DNA of 59,376 nucleotides, filler included, from Sluysia triapertura (taxonomy: Eukaryota): assembly GCA_046118255.1 (NCBI GenBank). It is 4 parts of 4 records of this genome, joined end to end, with 100 filler letters (N's around TTAATTAATTAA, not from the genome) between each part and the next. Parts side by side here need not be neighbours in the genome. Positions count along the whole stretch, not along the records: positions 32,105 to 46,397 come from JBJNIA010000124.1; positions 46,498 to 59,376 come from JBJNIA010075718.1; 2 more parts are not named here. One strand, written 5' to 3'. A program made the position numbers and the translations under genes. Shown here in pieces: positions 37,061 through 50,074 of this stretch. The notes beneath the pieces are model-generated. The model saw only the letters and a list, made by a program, of their open reading frames with translations, was not told where the DNA came from and did not search any database. Each line of letters opens with the position of its first letter. Position 1 is the first letter of the stretch.

Positions 37061-38037
37061 GAGCTTTAATCTTTAATATTAACTACTTTATCTTATTCTC
37101 ATAGCTTACTATTTTAAGTTTTCTAGCATTTTTGTACATTTTTTAATAAACTATTTAGAGTTTTTTGTATTAATTAATTATTAAATTGAAAGTTAAGTTA
37201 TTTAGTAGTTATAAGACCCTCATCAGTTGAATTATTAGACAGAGACGTTGTTTTTAAGTGATCTTTAACTTATTAGTTACAGAAGTGCCAACGATACGTT
37301 GTAAGACGATTACTGTAACCGAACCCTGCTAAAAAATATTTTGCCGTAGGTAAGTGTTAGAAAAATCACAGCAATTTGTATCTGATTTACCGATGATTGA
37401 ATTTAATGAGATTCTATTAAGTAAACTGATCTGATATTGATTTATTGTTACTAATAATTTCAAAGGCTCAACATGATTATTGAATTAATATGGATGGATT
37501 TTCAAAATTAGAACACACCAAAATTAAAAACCATATAAAATTTGAACTAAAATGATTGTGTATCAAACAAAAATTAAAAATGGCTGCCGAATGATGGTGA
37601 TAAAATTGTTTTTTAAAATAGTTAAAAAACAAAAATGGAGTCCATGATTAAACTTCTGTTAGTTTCCATACTAGTCATCAGCCAGTCGGAATCGATGGAA
37701 TATTCCATAATGTCCAAGAACATTATGTAAGCTTATTTTCTATTGTTGTGGTGAGTTGTTATGGCAACCTTACATAAGCGATCGCATTTGTGTCAGATAT
37801 TCAGACATAAGTAGCGCGAAATCCAGTAACATAAAATCTTCGAATCCTGAAGGAAAGCTTCTTTAACACTTTTGTGGTAAGCATTGTGATTGAAGAGTGA
37901 TCTTCAGTACTGATTAAATTCTATAATGAATAATGATAAAATTCTGTAGTTGTTAGTTATCCCACGTTTTCGTCATCTTAATTTTGTTAAATATAGCATT
38001 GACTTTTACATGATATGTCGTTCCTTTATTTTGAATA

Positions 38038-38142
38038 CACCTATCCCCCGTTTTACACGGTACTTGTTTTACACGTTTTTCCAAATAAGTTTTTTTCGTT
38101 TTTCTCAGTAACGTATCTACCATGTAAATCGGGGGATAGGTG
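38038..38142. mobile_element. 105-bp Tc1/mariner-pogo (Tigger-like) MITE
   Basis: 25-bp TIRs CACCTATCCCCCGTTTTACACGGTA / TACCATGTAAATCGGGGGATAGGTG (2 mismatches), flanked by TA on both sides. Confidence 0.92.
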
Positions 38143-39101
38143 TATTGTATTTGGCGATATTTATTTATAATTGAGAATTTGTATTAAAAGTAGAGTGTGA
38201 TTAAATTACAACTAATTATTTGGACCTGTTTTATGATTATTAAAAATATATCGATATTACAATTTAATTATTGAGTTATTTTTACTCATTTCAAACAGTG
38301 TCATAATATTACTACGTTATTTTAATATTTGGTTACGCTACTAGATTACAAAGCTTTAATGATTAAATTAAAAATAAAAATTATTTGCAAATATTTTTTT
38401 CCTAAAAAACCGATTTATTTCCATTTTATTTTCAATATTTTTAATTGCATAATACTTTATTTTTATTATGTCATGTTATATTAAGCATTTTTATATTTAT
38501 ACTTTATTAAAAAATAATTGAACTGTTGGTTTAATTCATGTAAAAACCAAATTATTAAACAAATTTTCCATAAGTAATTATAAATAGATTATATTAAAAA
38601 TTATAAATTTTTTTATAATATTAAAAAATTTAATATTATAAAGATTATATTAAAAATAAAAGTAAAATTAATGTGGATGCAAATTTTATTAAAAATAAGC
38701 AAAAAAAGCAATGGCATATATATATTTTTTAAAAATTAATCGATCATATTATAAAATAATATATAACTAAAGCAAAATAAAGAAATGGGAATAAATAATT
38801 ATATTTAAATAAAGTAAACACATTTTAAACAAACAAATGTTTTACTATTTTATTTTTATTATTTCGATAACATATATAATTGTTTTCTCATATAGTTTTT
38901 TTAATTATTAATTTTTATTTACTTCTAATTTATTTATGTATATAAGTTGTTATTTGTTCAAATTTTAATATTTATTTGTGTTTTTTATATATTGAATAAA
39001 AATCAATAACTATATTTTATCATGCCTTCAAATGGTAGAATTGTTCGCAGAGACAAGTTGAGAACGTAATTTTTGTTTTTGTTAGATAATATTTTTTTTA
39101 G

Positions 39102-41577
39102 GAAGTCTAAGCCAAAACCAGAAAATGATATTATACCTGGTCTGAAAATGCTTAAGCAAATAAAAGAAGCTAAAGCATTAAAGAAATCAGAAGATGACAA
39201 GAAATTAAAATCAAATGAAGAAATTGGTAATACTAAATCTAAAGCATGTAATATTCTTTTAGAAAAGTTAAACATTAATTTTCCGCATACATCAATTAAA
39301 GTAGATGAATTAAGCAATGATATTAATTTTGAAAATAAAAGACATTTAGATATAAATTCGGAAATAAAAGAAACAAAAATTAATAAAGTTAATAAAAGGA
39401 AATCTAATAAAAATATCAAACAGAAACCTTTAATAGGTGAAATTAATAAAGAGCCTGTGAATGATATAAAAGTTCCAGAAATAATTCTAATAAATATGAA
39501 AGCCATGGCTGAAAATAGTTCCATTGAAAAAGATGAAAATATGAAAAAAGTCGAAAATGAAGAAAAAGAATATTCAACACAATCAATGGAATGTGATAAG
39601 AAGTCTGATTCTCTTGATATGAAAGATGATGAAAAACCTAACAAGGGTTTGAAAAGAAAATCTGCAATTAAGTCAGATTATAATAAAAAAAAACTTAAAC
39701 AAGAAGATAATACTAAAGTTAATACAGCTTCTAGCTATGCTGAAGATCGAACAGGAACAAATGAAAGCAAAAAACGCACCACACGATCTATGTCTAATGT
39801 TAAATCTATTGACACTAATCAAGAAATATCAATAAATAAATTTGAAAAATCTGAAGAAAATAATGAATCTAATGAATTTGATGGAAAAGTTAAGAAACGA
39901 AAAAGTGAGAAATGTTTTAAACCTGCAAATGACATAATACCGGGTTTAATTTTGCTTAACGATATAAAATTACGAAGATCTAAGTCAGATAGAAAATCTA
40001 AAAAAGGAAACATTTCTGATGAAGCAGAAGTGTTAAATGCTAACTGCGAAATATTAGAAAAAGAAACTCCATGTACAAAAATACGTAAACCAGAAAATGA
40101 TATAATTCCTGGATTGAAAACTTTTCGAACAATTGAAAAAAAAATAAATAAGAAGGTAAACGGAAACTATGCTGAAAAACCACAAATAGAAATAGATTCT
40201 AGTTTGAAAAAAGCTGAATCTACCGAGGATAATGAAATAGAAAATAGTTTACAAAAGAAATATGTTAAGAAGTCAGAAAATGAAATAATTCCCGATTTAA
40301 AAAATGTTAAATCCGATTTAGATATTAAACCTGCTGAAAGATCAAAAGGAAAATCTAATCAGCATCCAGGAAATGACGTTATTCATGGGTTGGAATCATT
40401 TGAAAATAAGATGGATAAAAAATTAAACAGGAAATCTAGTGTGAAACATCAATCTAATACAGAATCTTGTGAAGATGGTAAAGTATCTGAAATACCACAA
40501 AGTAAGTCTGTTCAGAAAACCAAAAAAGAAATAATTCCTGGTCTTAAAAATGTCAAATCTGATGAAGAAATCAAAATGTCGCAAAACACAATTCCCGATT
40601 TAAAAGACAAACCAAAATCAATTCAAAAAACTTACAAGCCTGAAAACGATATTATCCCTGGTTTGAAACTGTGTAATTCTTTACAAAGAAAAAATAGCAC
40701 AAAAGCTGTAAATTTAATCAGTACTTCGAAAGATTTACAATTGTCAGATTATGCTGGTGAAGAAAAACAATCAAATAGAGAAAAGGATGGATTTGAAATT
40801 ATTCCAGGATTAGCAAAAACAGTTTCAGTAAATGTTAAAAGTACAGATTTAAACACTAATAATTATCGACAAGATTTATCAGAATGTAAATATATTTCAC
40901 CAAGATATAAAGAAGAATCATTTTATTCAACATTTGTTATAGATGAACTAAAGGATAGATATTTAAATAAACCAAAAATTTCAGAATCCGATATGAATTG
41001 TTCTACTAATAATGTTGAATTGGCTGATATAAGTCGTAAACGTCAACATACGATGGGCAATTTTAACGACTCTAGATCTCCATTTGTGGGACTTAAAAGA
41101 TTTAAATTCGACACCGATAACTTAACACCAAATTCTATATTAAAATCTCGATCTAAATATGTATCAAGTCACACTAATAACAGTCAAAACTTAATATCTG
41201 AAAGTAGTACATCTCGCAAACCTAGTGTAAAATTTGTTGAAATGGTGGAAGTGAAAGAATTTAATGGAAATTCATTTAATATTGATTCTGATAATGGAAT
41301 TGAAAATGATCATTCGTCGCGTGATAATTTAATTAGTTTAACACCAAATATTCAAGGTGGATCTCTGAAATCAAAATCTAGTATTGATGTGGAAATGAAA
41401 GAAACGAAAATGCAGAATTTCTGGAACAATATGAAATCATTTGCTTTTGATAGTGCTAATCGAAATGATGGAGAGAATAGTACGGACTTGAATAATTCCT
41501 TGCTGACATCAGATGAAGATAATTCTATGGATACCAGCGATCAGATACAAGAAAAATCAACTTGTAATATTATGTAA
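39102..41577 (+). CDS. Large terminal exon of a K/E/S/N-rich disordered protein with IIPGL repeats and SILK/RVxF-like motifs
   Basis: 2.5-kb uninterrupted ORF with a T-rich AG acceptor at 39100-39101 and stop TAA at 41575-41577. About 9 copies of KPENDIIPGLK-like motifs. Confidence 0.9.
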
Positions 41578-44500
41578 TTAAGAACAATGATTTATCATAC
41601 TGTTTGAATATTTAAATTTAGTTTAGTATACATAAAATTGTGTTATTTATATTTTTAAATTATGTAATTATTCAAGATAATCATATTAAAGCATTCGATG
41701 CATTGACTATCCTGTATGTGGTTTTTGTATCACGTTAAACATTATGCGTTTTCCTTGAATTATCAATATTACGTTATGTAGATGTTAAGTAAAGCTGTAA
41801 CCAATAAATTGTCACAATTTAAGTTATTAATAATTAATATTTTTAAACTTGGACATGATTGAATTCCGCAATAGTTGGTTGACAATGAAATTAAAATTTA
41901 TTCTTGCTTACTTGCACATTGTAATAAAATAGTTATTTTTGAAACGGGAAGTGATTGCGTTAAATAATCTTTGAAGTTGAACATTTAATCACATAATATT
42001 GAAAAATTTGGAAATAATAGGTTGGCATCACAACCTTTTAAAATTGATTTCGATAAAAGAAAATGTTTTCTACGATAGAAATCGAAAATACATTAACCTT
42101 TCATATGTATTTCTTTATACTTTTCGTTCTGCATTCAACAAATTTTACGTCGGCTGAGGATATATATGTGCTATGGTTTATTAGCACTACAGCAAATATA
42201 TTAAACGACCTACAACATAGAGTGAACGTTCCTGTAACTATAAATTATCAGATCTTAACGTAAAATATATTTCGTCTAATATATCTTCTAATTAGTCTTC
42301 ACTAGTGCACGTATTTAGAGGGTCCAAAAATAAAAGGCTATTAATAAAATTCAAATTAATTTAGTTTCAAATTTCTTACTTTTTTAACATGATTTAATTT
42401 ACTTTTTATTTTAAATAATCTTATTCTTTTTTGCCAAAAATGGTAATTATATCCATCCTGTTAAATAAAACAATAATTCGACAAATGTCTGTATTCACAA
42501 TAACAATTATTTGTACACATTTCTTTTATTAAAGTAGAATACTTCCAAATAAACACGTGAGATGATAATAAACAATAATAAAAGTAATAATATGCAATAT
42601 TAAAATTAAAACCACTTTAATGTAAAATTGAAAACATTTTAAAACTGACTTTATTCCTCAATATAATGGGAATGTGCATTGAAATTTGTGTATTTTAGTA
42701 TATTAATTTTCGAAAAATTCATATTCCCGTAACAAAAATTACTTACGAATGATATGGAAAACTTAATAGAGTTGATGGATATTGTTCTGAATGAATGATT
42801 CCAAATAATCACTGCAGTCGAAATGACGAAAATCCAAACGCTGATGTTGCTAAGAATTGTTAAGTCGTAAGCGACGAATTCTCGATACGATTATAATGGC
42901 TTAAACGTCCTTTATAAATTTTGTAAAATACAAAATAGCCACTTCAAATTATGGTTGCTTGGTTATTCAGCTGCAGCTCTATATACGAGCTGTCAGCCAA
43001 TCAAAAGCTTATATAATTCTAAAATGTTCTAGAAAATTTTAGAAACTTATAAGAGAATTTTCTTTTTTGGAAAATAAGATTTTTAAATGGTTGTGATGGC
43101 AATCTAACTGATGTTATGTGTTTTTATTTTATTTTCAAACTTTTGCAAAATGAATGTAAGGGTTTGCCTGTAGTCTACGATTTTATGCTATTTAGAATAA
43201 AGTTATTTTACAAAAAAAGAAAATTTATTTAAAAAACATTATTTTTGTTTAACTACACTATTTTAATAAAAATAAGTCAAGGTCATTGACTTCAATATAA
43301 ATAGACACTGCCATTTTAACAATTGAACCATTTAAGACAAGGTAACAATTTAAAAATAGAACAATTTAAGAACAGAACAATTTAACAAAGAACCGTTTAA
43401 CAATTTAATTAGAAAATAGCTCTTGTTGGTCCACCAAATTGCAAATTATTCTTCTCGTCAAGTTTTATACAAATATTTATACAAATTTTGATTTTAATTT
43501 ACATTATTATTAATATTATTATTACTGTAATTAATCCTATTTTATATTTTAATAATAAATTTAATTTTTAGTTGTTTTTTAATAGACGGATAGAATTTTT
43601 TGACCCTCCAGATAGTTTAAGTAAGACTAAATAAGCTAAGCATAATTTTTTATACTACAGCCGGACCCTGCTCAATTTTATTTTGCCGTAGGTTTAACGA
43701 AAAATCTTTAAATAATTGGTTCATCGATAGAAGATGGCTGATAACTTTATGGTAAGTACCTCTGTAAGATTTTTAGTGTAAAATTTCATTACTAAGGCAT
43801 ATCTCCTAACTACAATTACTTAAGGAAACAGATCATTTCACGAATTCTTTTATTAAAATTCTTAACAACCGTTAACATTAATGACGTTATTATTGACCGT
43901 AATTAATCCTTTAGTTTTAGTATTCTAATATTATAATTCTTTTCGTTGTTTGTTTTATGATTTACAATTAATAATGACATAAGACAGCAATATCTAACTC
44001 GAAATAATTATAAAAATCAGTATTCTAAGGCTTATTATAAAATGTCGGCTCTAATAACAATGAATAGTTTTAATGTATTAAACTAAGCTTAATGTAAAAT
44101 AGCAGTAAACTACTGTGATTTTAAATTTTTGAATTAATCAAGGTTAAAATAAACTTATTTAATTACAAACATGGACTTGATAAACTACTTATTTAGGCGT
44201 TGCCCTAATTAAAATAAGAAAATTGTTATTGTTACTATTGTTATTATATTATTATTATTATGACTAATTATCATGATCAACTTAAGTCCTACCTTTATGT
44301 AAGACAATATTTAATTTAACAAACTACTTTTTAATATTTGTTTTTTGTAAACAATGAGGCTTTGTTTACTAATCGTTAATTTTGTGTTAGACTTCAATTT
44401 ATAAAATTTAGACTTCAAAATATAAAATTTGGGGTGACTTAAGCAATATTCTCAAATGATAATGCTTTGAATTATGTCTTAGTATATTTAATTTGCAATA

Positions 44501-46123
44501 TGTGCCATTAAATCCCCACTATTTAATCCTTTTATAATGAATAAGTATAAAACAAACTTATTATTGTAAAATAGTAGACGATAACAATTACAAAAATTAT
44601 ATTTTTCATGAATATATATAGTAATTCTTTTTTATATTGACGATCACAAAACAACCCATCAACCGTAGTTGTTGGTTCAAGTTCTATTAATCTAGATAAC
44701 CTAGGACATCGCTGGTATACATTAAATGTTCAATGATGTTATCTCAACGGCTACTTGTTTCGACAATATATAATACCAATTTAATTGTACATGGCTCTTT
44801 GTTTGGATTTGAAAATTTTTACCAAAAATCTCATTTGTCCCTTTTTATGCCTTATTTTGATGCAATCACATTAGCTTTCTTAATATAAAATTCATCTAAA
44901 CCATGTAAAAATGTCGTAACATAACAAAAAAAACTCCAAATTGAATAACATTATCGGGTTCGTCACAATACATAAAAAAAGTTCTCCGAAATGATGAGTT
45001 TTTTAATAAATTTTAGAAATTCAAATATATTTAATAAAACTTTTGATAAAGTTTTGTTAATTACAAATGCTATCAGTCTTAATAAATAATTATTACTTCA
45101 TAATAAACCGTATTTAGTTGTATCATTCCACTAACATCAATCTTAAAAATTATTTTGATACATGAACTTTTCTTAGAATTTTTCATAATTATTTAAACTA
45201 TCGAAACACTAAATAAATAAAAAACTAAATATTGGACATTATTTTGAAATGTACTTACGAATATATTTGTTTTATTCATAAACCATACGTAAAACAACTC
45301 ATTTAATAAACAATCTTATAAAAATGTAATCAATCTTTATTGATACATTAAACAAAATGAAATTATTATCATTATTATTATTATTATCATTATAATAATT
45401 ATTATTGCTTTAGTTTTGTTGCTATTGTCTAGTACTATGATTGTAGAAATTTTCTTTTCCATGTATTTGTTTATTTTATTTTATCTCTATTTATAAATAT
45501 GATCATAAAAAAATCCATAAAAATGAAATGAAATATTTTGTTTTATTTTCATAAATATTTATATTTATTGCACTTATAAATAAATATGTCATATATAAAT
45601 TTGTTAATCAAAAAACGAATTTTTATTTTGTGAGTTTAGTTCAGCTCAAGTACTTGTAAAGGTTTATTAATGAAATATTTTAAAATGTGATAACTACAGG
45701 TTGGTTATATATAAATATGTTTAAAGGTTATTATATATCAATGTATAAAATACTATTAAAAAATACTATTGGAATAATCTTTCAATTATGGATTTTTGAA
45801 AATTGATCTTTTACTTAGCTTATTTAACTTAATAGTTGTGAAAAGTAATAATTTAAGTTTTTACAATGTTTTTTATTTTGCACTTGTTTTAAAAAAACTT
45901 AATTAAATAGGACTAACGATACAAACTGAAAAAGTTCAAATATATCAATGTCGATGTAATTCTTGCTGATTTAATCCTTGAAAATATAAATGTTGATATT
46001 TGTGGTCAGGTCTAGATGATAATTTGTTACACTATTTAAATTAAAATAGTAATTTTGTATTAAATATAGTTTTGTTCTGTGGAAATTTATAGTAAAACTT
46101 ATAGAATAAAGCGAAAGTTTAGT

Positions 46124-46397
46124 GTGAGTTTACCAACTTACTGGGCTTACTGGTTAGGGTTAGCCGTTGGGTTTTATAAATTAAGAGTCTTAAGTTATGC
46201 TTAAAAAGAAAATACTCGAGAACCTCAATACTTAATTATGCTTTTAACTGTCTGGAGATAAGTCAGAAATTTTAGTCAATTTATCAATAATAATAATGTT
46301 AATAAGGTGATTTTTCGATAATTCCCTAAAATGGAATATATAAATTTATTTTACGTAGTTAGACTTAAAATCTAACTTTTGGAAAGCTTGTCTAACA
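46124..46397 (+). repeat. Dispersed repeat, copy 2 (copy 1 at 29231-29460)
   Basis: Collinear similarity blocks with the 29.2-kb copy. Runs into the contig end. Confidence 0.8.
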
Positions 46398-46497
46398 NNN
46401 NNNNNNNNNNNNNNNNNNNNNNNNNNNNNNNNNNNNNNNNNTTAATTAATTAANNNNNNNNNNNNNNNNNNNNNNNNNNNNNNNNNNNNNNNNNNNN
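46398..46497. other. Artificial contig spacer
   Basis: 44 N + TTAATTAATTAA + 44 N. Confidence 0.98.
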
Positions 46498-46759
46498 TCA
46501 ATACACATATACATTGAATCTGTCCGTTGCTGGTGCGATGAACAAACTACGCAACGCCTTCTAGTTCTCCTATTTTTAGATGGCCCAGGAATGTAAGAAG
46601 GAAAGTGTCTTTCTGTCAAACGTTCAAGGTAATCTTTATATCTGGAGGAAGCTAAAATTATGCTCTTCGTATTACTTTAGTAGGATCTTGCATGGCAGTT
46701 GTGTAAGAGAAAAAATCGCCGTTGACGCCATATGGCGGTCCCGGGGATGAAAGGGTTAA
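46498..46759 (-). mobile_element. Internally deleted piggyBac (PGBD4-like) element
   Basis: TTAA-CCCTTTC terminus (46759-46749) with GACCGCCATATGGCGTC palindrome. About 110 nt inside lies RLTERHFPSYIPGPSKNRRTRRRCVVC...YMC, the piggyBac C-terminal Cys-rich domain. Confidence 0.88.
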
Positions 46760-46866
46760 AGTAACAATTAAAATGTAATAAATTCCATGATATTTCGTGA
46801 AAGTTTGTGTGTGAAACAATCAATACCAAGACAATTTTCACAAGATTTAAAAGCTCTTAAAATAAA

Positions 46867-47385
46867 TCATTCACCACAATATTTCTGAAACAGAAAAAAT
46901 TTTGCCTTTTTCTTAAATATTTTATAATCTTCCAGTAATTTGACATTATCTGGTAACTGGTTGTATATTTTTGAAACATAAACGGCATATAACCTTTTAG
47001 CTAGATTATTATCACTGCGGGTTCTGTATAGATTATTATATCTCAATGAAATATTCATCTTCGTTTCCCATTTTTTATTATTTCTAAGAGATATTCAAGA
47101 ATTCCATAATGTTAGCATTTGTAAATTATTGTCATGATTTGGAATTTTAATCTTGCTTTTATTGGCAACCAGTACAATTCCTTAAGAAAAGGTCTGACGT
47201 GAGATCTTCTTCCCACTTGGAAAATTAGTCTTGCTGCTTGATTAATTATTAATCGTATTTTTTTCACTTTTCTATATAAAAGTGAGTACAACAAACCATT
47301 GTTAAAATCTTTGTTGTTAGTTATCAATCAGTGAACAATAAGTTTAGCTGTTTCTTTATTAATAAAATTTCGAATATTTGATATA
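46867..47385 (-). mobile_element. L2/CR1-group LINE, 3' part of ORF2
   Basis: NIRNFINKETAKLIVH...NQAARLIFQVGRRSHVRPFLKELYWLPIKARLKFQIMTIIYKC...IYNQLPDNVK...FKKKAKFFLF is the typical L2 C-terminal region. It contains internal stops. Confidence 0.9.
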
Positions 47386-48267
47386 AATAATATTACATTA
47401 GAAAATAAGTCTACGGAGAATAAACATATAAAATGTTAAAGCGTAGATAAATTTAAAATAAATTTAGCCAATAAAATTGGTAACTTTATTTTACTGCTGT
47501 CAAAAGTAAAGCCAAAATATTTGGCCAATGTGATTTTTATATAATCTATTTTTAATTTCTCCGCTTTCTGAAAAGAGATGCATCGAGAGCAAGAGGTAGC
47601 AGTAGTTTAACGGAACAATATCTGGATTATAATTAGAATGGAGCATAATTACACCTTTCTACTGATCATATTGGCCGAAATTACAACATGTGTTATTAAA
47701 AATATAATTGCATCTATTTTTAATAATTCACTATGTATCCAACCCCAGTCATTTTTGAAAAATCGGTTAAACTTTAAAACCATTGATTGTTTTCTAGGTC
47801 TTATTAAAATATAATATTTATTTTCAACTCCTTTTACTATTCAGTTCAAAAAATTCTATATAGTGTTATATAAATATTTTGTAATTTGTATTAATATTTA
47901 ATAAAAAAGTAAATATTCTGATATTCTTGGCTCTTCCATTAGTCTATGTTGCCCATGAATGGTATGTTGATCATATATCTATAATTGCTTTGTTTTCACG
48001 AATACATAGAAAATTATTATATAAAATTAGAAAGAAATAAAGTACTAAAAATAAATAAACTTGATGATTTTATTACGATAATTAAATATTCACAATTTTC
48101 GCACAAATAATAACTTTCACTAGTTTAAACTTTTGAATAGGTGACTAAGAAATTTCTGTTACTATTTTAAAAAAGATGAAAAATGAGAAATAATTCTAAT
48201 TAATAATAATTAATTAAGTTATTTATAAATATTTTATTACACATAATCAAAATTTAGAAAACACCAC

Positions 48268-50074
48268 CTGCAAATTAAGATATGATAATGGCTGACTGAC
48301 ACCAGTTAACAGAATTCTAAGTTTGAAACGAAGACAACTTCTTGATAAGTTTAATTTTTGCAAATGTCTTAAATAAATCATGGATTGGTTTAAACATTTA
48401 AAGGCAGCCAATTCGAGATTGGTTGAAGACCCAGACATTGTAATTGTATTAATATTGCAGAAATTATTCGAATTATTATCATTCCCAACTAAGAAACAAC
48501 CAGGAACTGATAATGTATCTAAATTTCGCAGTACTCGTATCCACTGAAAACTTGATGTACGTAAATCTGTTTTATCTTGAACTTTACTACTTTCCAATTG
48601 AAAATGAGTAATTTTCTATTATTAAGATTAATATTATTCAAACCTTATATATTTATAATAGTAAGTAAATTATTTTTAACAAATATTAAATTTACTAATG
48701 GATCAAATATTTGTATAAGATTTGATAATGGTAAATCGATTTCTAGTAATTCTGATATCCACAATTTTGAACAACTGAAGGTAAAAGGAGTCATTGCTGC
48801 AAGTGACAAACCAACAGCAATTTCATCAGCAAATAAATGACAATCGAATTGAATTTCAACAGTTTCTAAAATATCAATATTTAGCAAAAATATATTATTT
48901 TTGCATTATTTTCAATATTAAATATTTAATTCAATTTATTATAAATGTGTCTATATGACATATTTTTATGTTAAGAACTTGCTATGACTTGATAAACGTA
49001 TAATAGTAGCTGCATTGATATTGTACAAACTTGTTCAATCTTAGTTGAAAGAGATAATAATTAAAATTTGCTGCTTTTTTTGTCACAAAGTATAACTTTA
49101 AGATACAATCAATCCTATTTCCATAATTTAAGATTTTTATGAAAGTAGAAATATATCAATTTTGAAAATTGTTATGCTAATTTTATCGAATACTAATTCG
49201 TGTAGTAAAAATATTAACGATGGTTTTGCATAAATTGTATGTAAAGTATTTTTCATATAATTTGCACTATACTTGAAAATTTTTTGTACGTTTATTTTTT
49301 TTAAGTACAATTATTTTTATCACATAATATTAATCAATATTATAATAAGGTAATTGTTTTGATTTGTCTTTGTATTAAGTGTAGGCTTATGGTGACTTTA
49401 TTATCATGTTATTTAATATTTTAATAATAATCATTAGTATTTATTTACCTGAGATATAATCAGAACAAAAGTCCTCTTTCACAATAGCATAAACTGTGGC
49501 AATCTTTTTAAAATATCTATGAAGAAAGTCAGATTTCTTTAGCTTTATAAGTCTCGATAAGTAAGAGAAAATCGGTTGATCGGCTGTACTTCCTTTAATT
49601 GAGAGCCAAAGTGCAGGAATACGACTTAGCTCGATGCTAAGTCGACGATCTAAGATTATAGGAATTTTAAATTTTTATAAACATTAATTTACCTTCTTCA
49701 AATCCTCTAAAGTCAATTGTTTTTAATAGGCAACTTTTCTTTCTACTTAGAAGACCTTTAATGAAGGCATCAGCAACTGTCGTTTTATGAATCTGATCTG
49801 GTAATGGTTTAGTTAATTTCCACGAAATACTATCTTGAGAATTTACTGGAAGGCATCGTTTTAATGTTAAAACTTCATTTGGCCAATCCGATACCAAATA
49901 AGCGGTGGTATTGAGTTCTTGCTGTTGAATGGACTCCGCTAACAGAGATTCGATAACTGAAAGTGGTAAATTTTGCAGTGTCCAGTAATATAAAATGGAT
50001 TCTGGAGGTTCAGTAACAGCTGATAACAAACACTGGTGTTTGAGAGATCTAAAAAGAGAACAATAATCCAATAA
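48268..50074 (-). CDS. LRRC14/PRAME-family leucine-rich repeat protein; exons about 50074-49693, 49649-49449, 48865-48696 and 48615-48268; incomplete at both ends
   Basis: SLKHQCL...LQNLPLSVIESLL...LVSDWPNEVLTL...LKTIDFRG and LRHLQKLNLSRSCLRFKLRILLTGVSQPLSYLNLQ match PRAME/LRRC14 blocks. All three introns are GT-AG and phase-consistent (43, 583 and 80 nt). Confidence 0.85.

Noticed and set aside
37195-37250. Possible hammerhead ribozyme (CTGATGAG on the minus strand)
   Set aside because: No proper stem II followed by GAAA can be formed.
39003-40013. Minus-strand hydrophobic ORFs (213 aa and 64 aa)
   Set aside because: Antisense shadows of the K/E-rich 834-aa exon.
42940-43020. CCAAT plus TATA-like promoter, and similar CCAAT-like motifs at 27550-27665
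   Set aside because: Short motifs with no linked gene model; not supportable from sequence alone.
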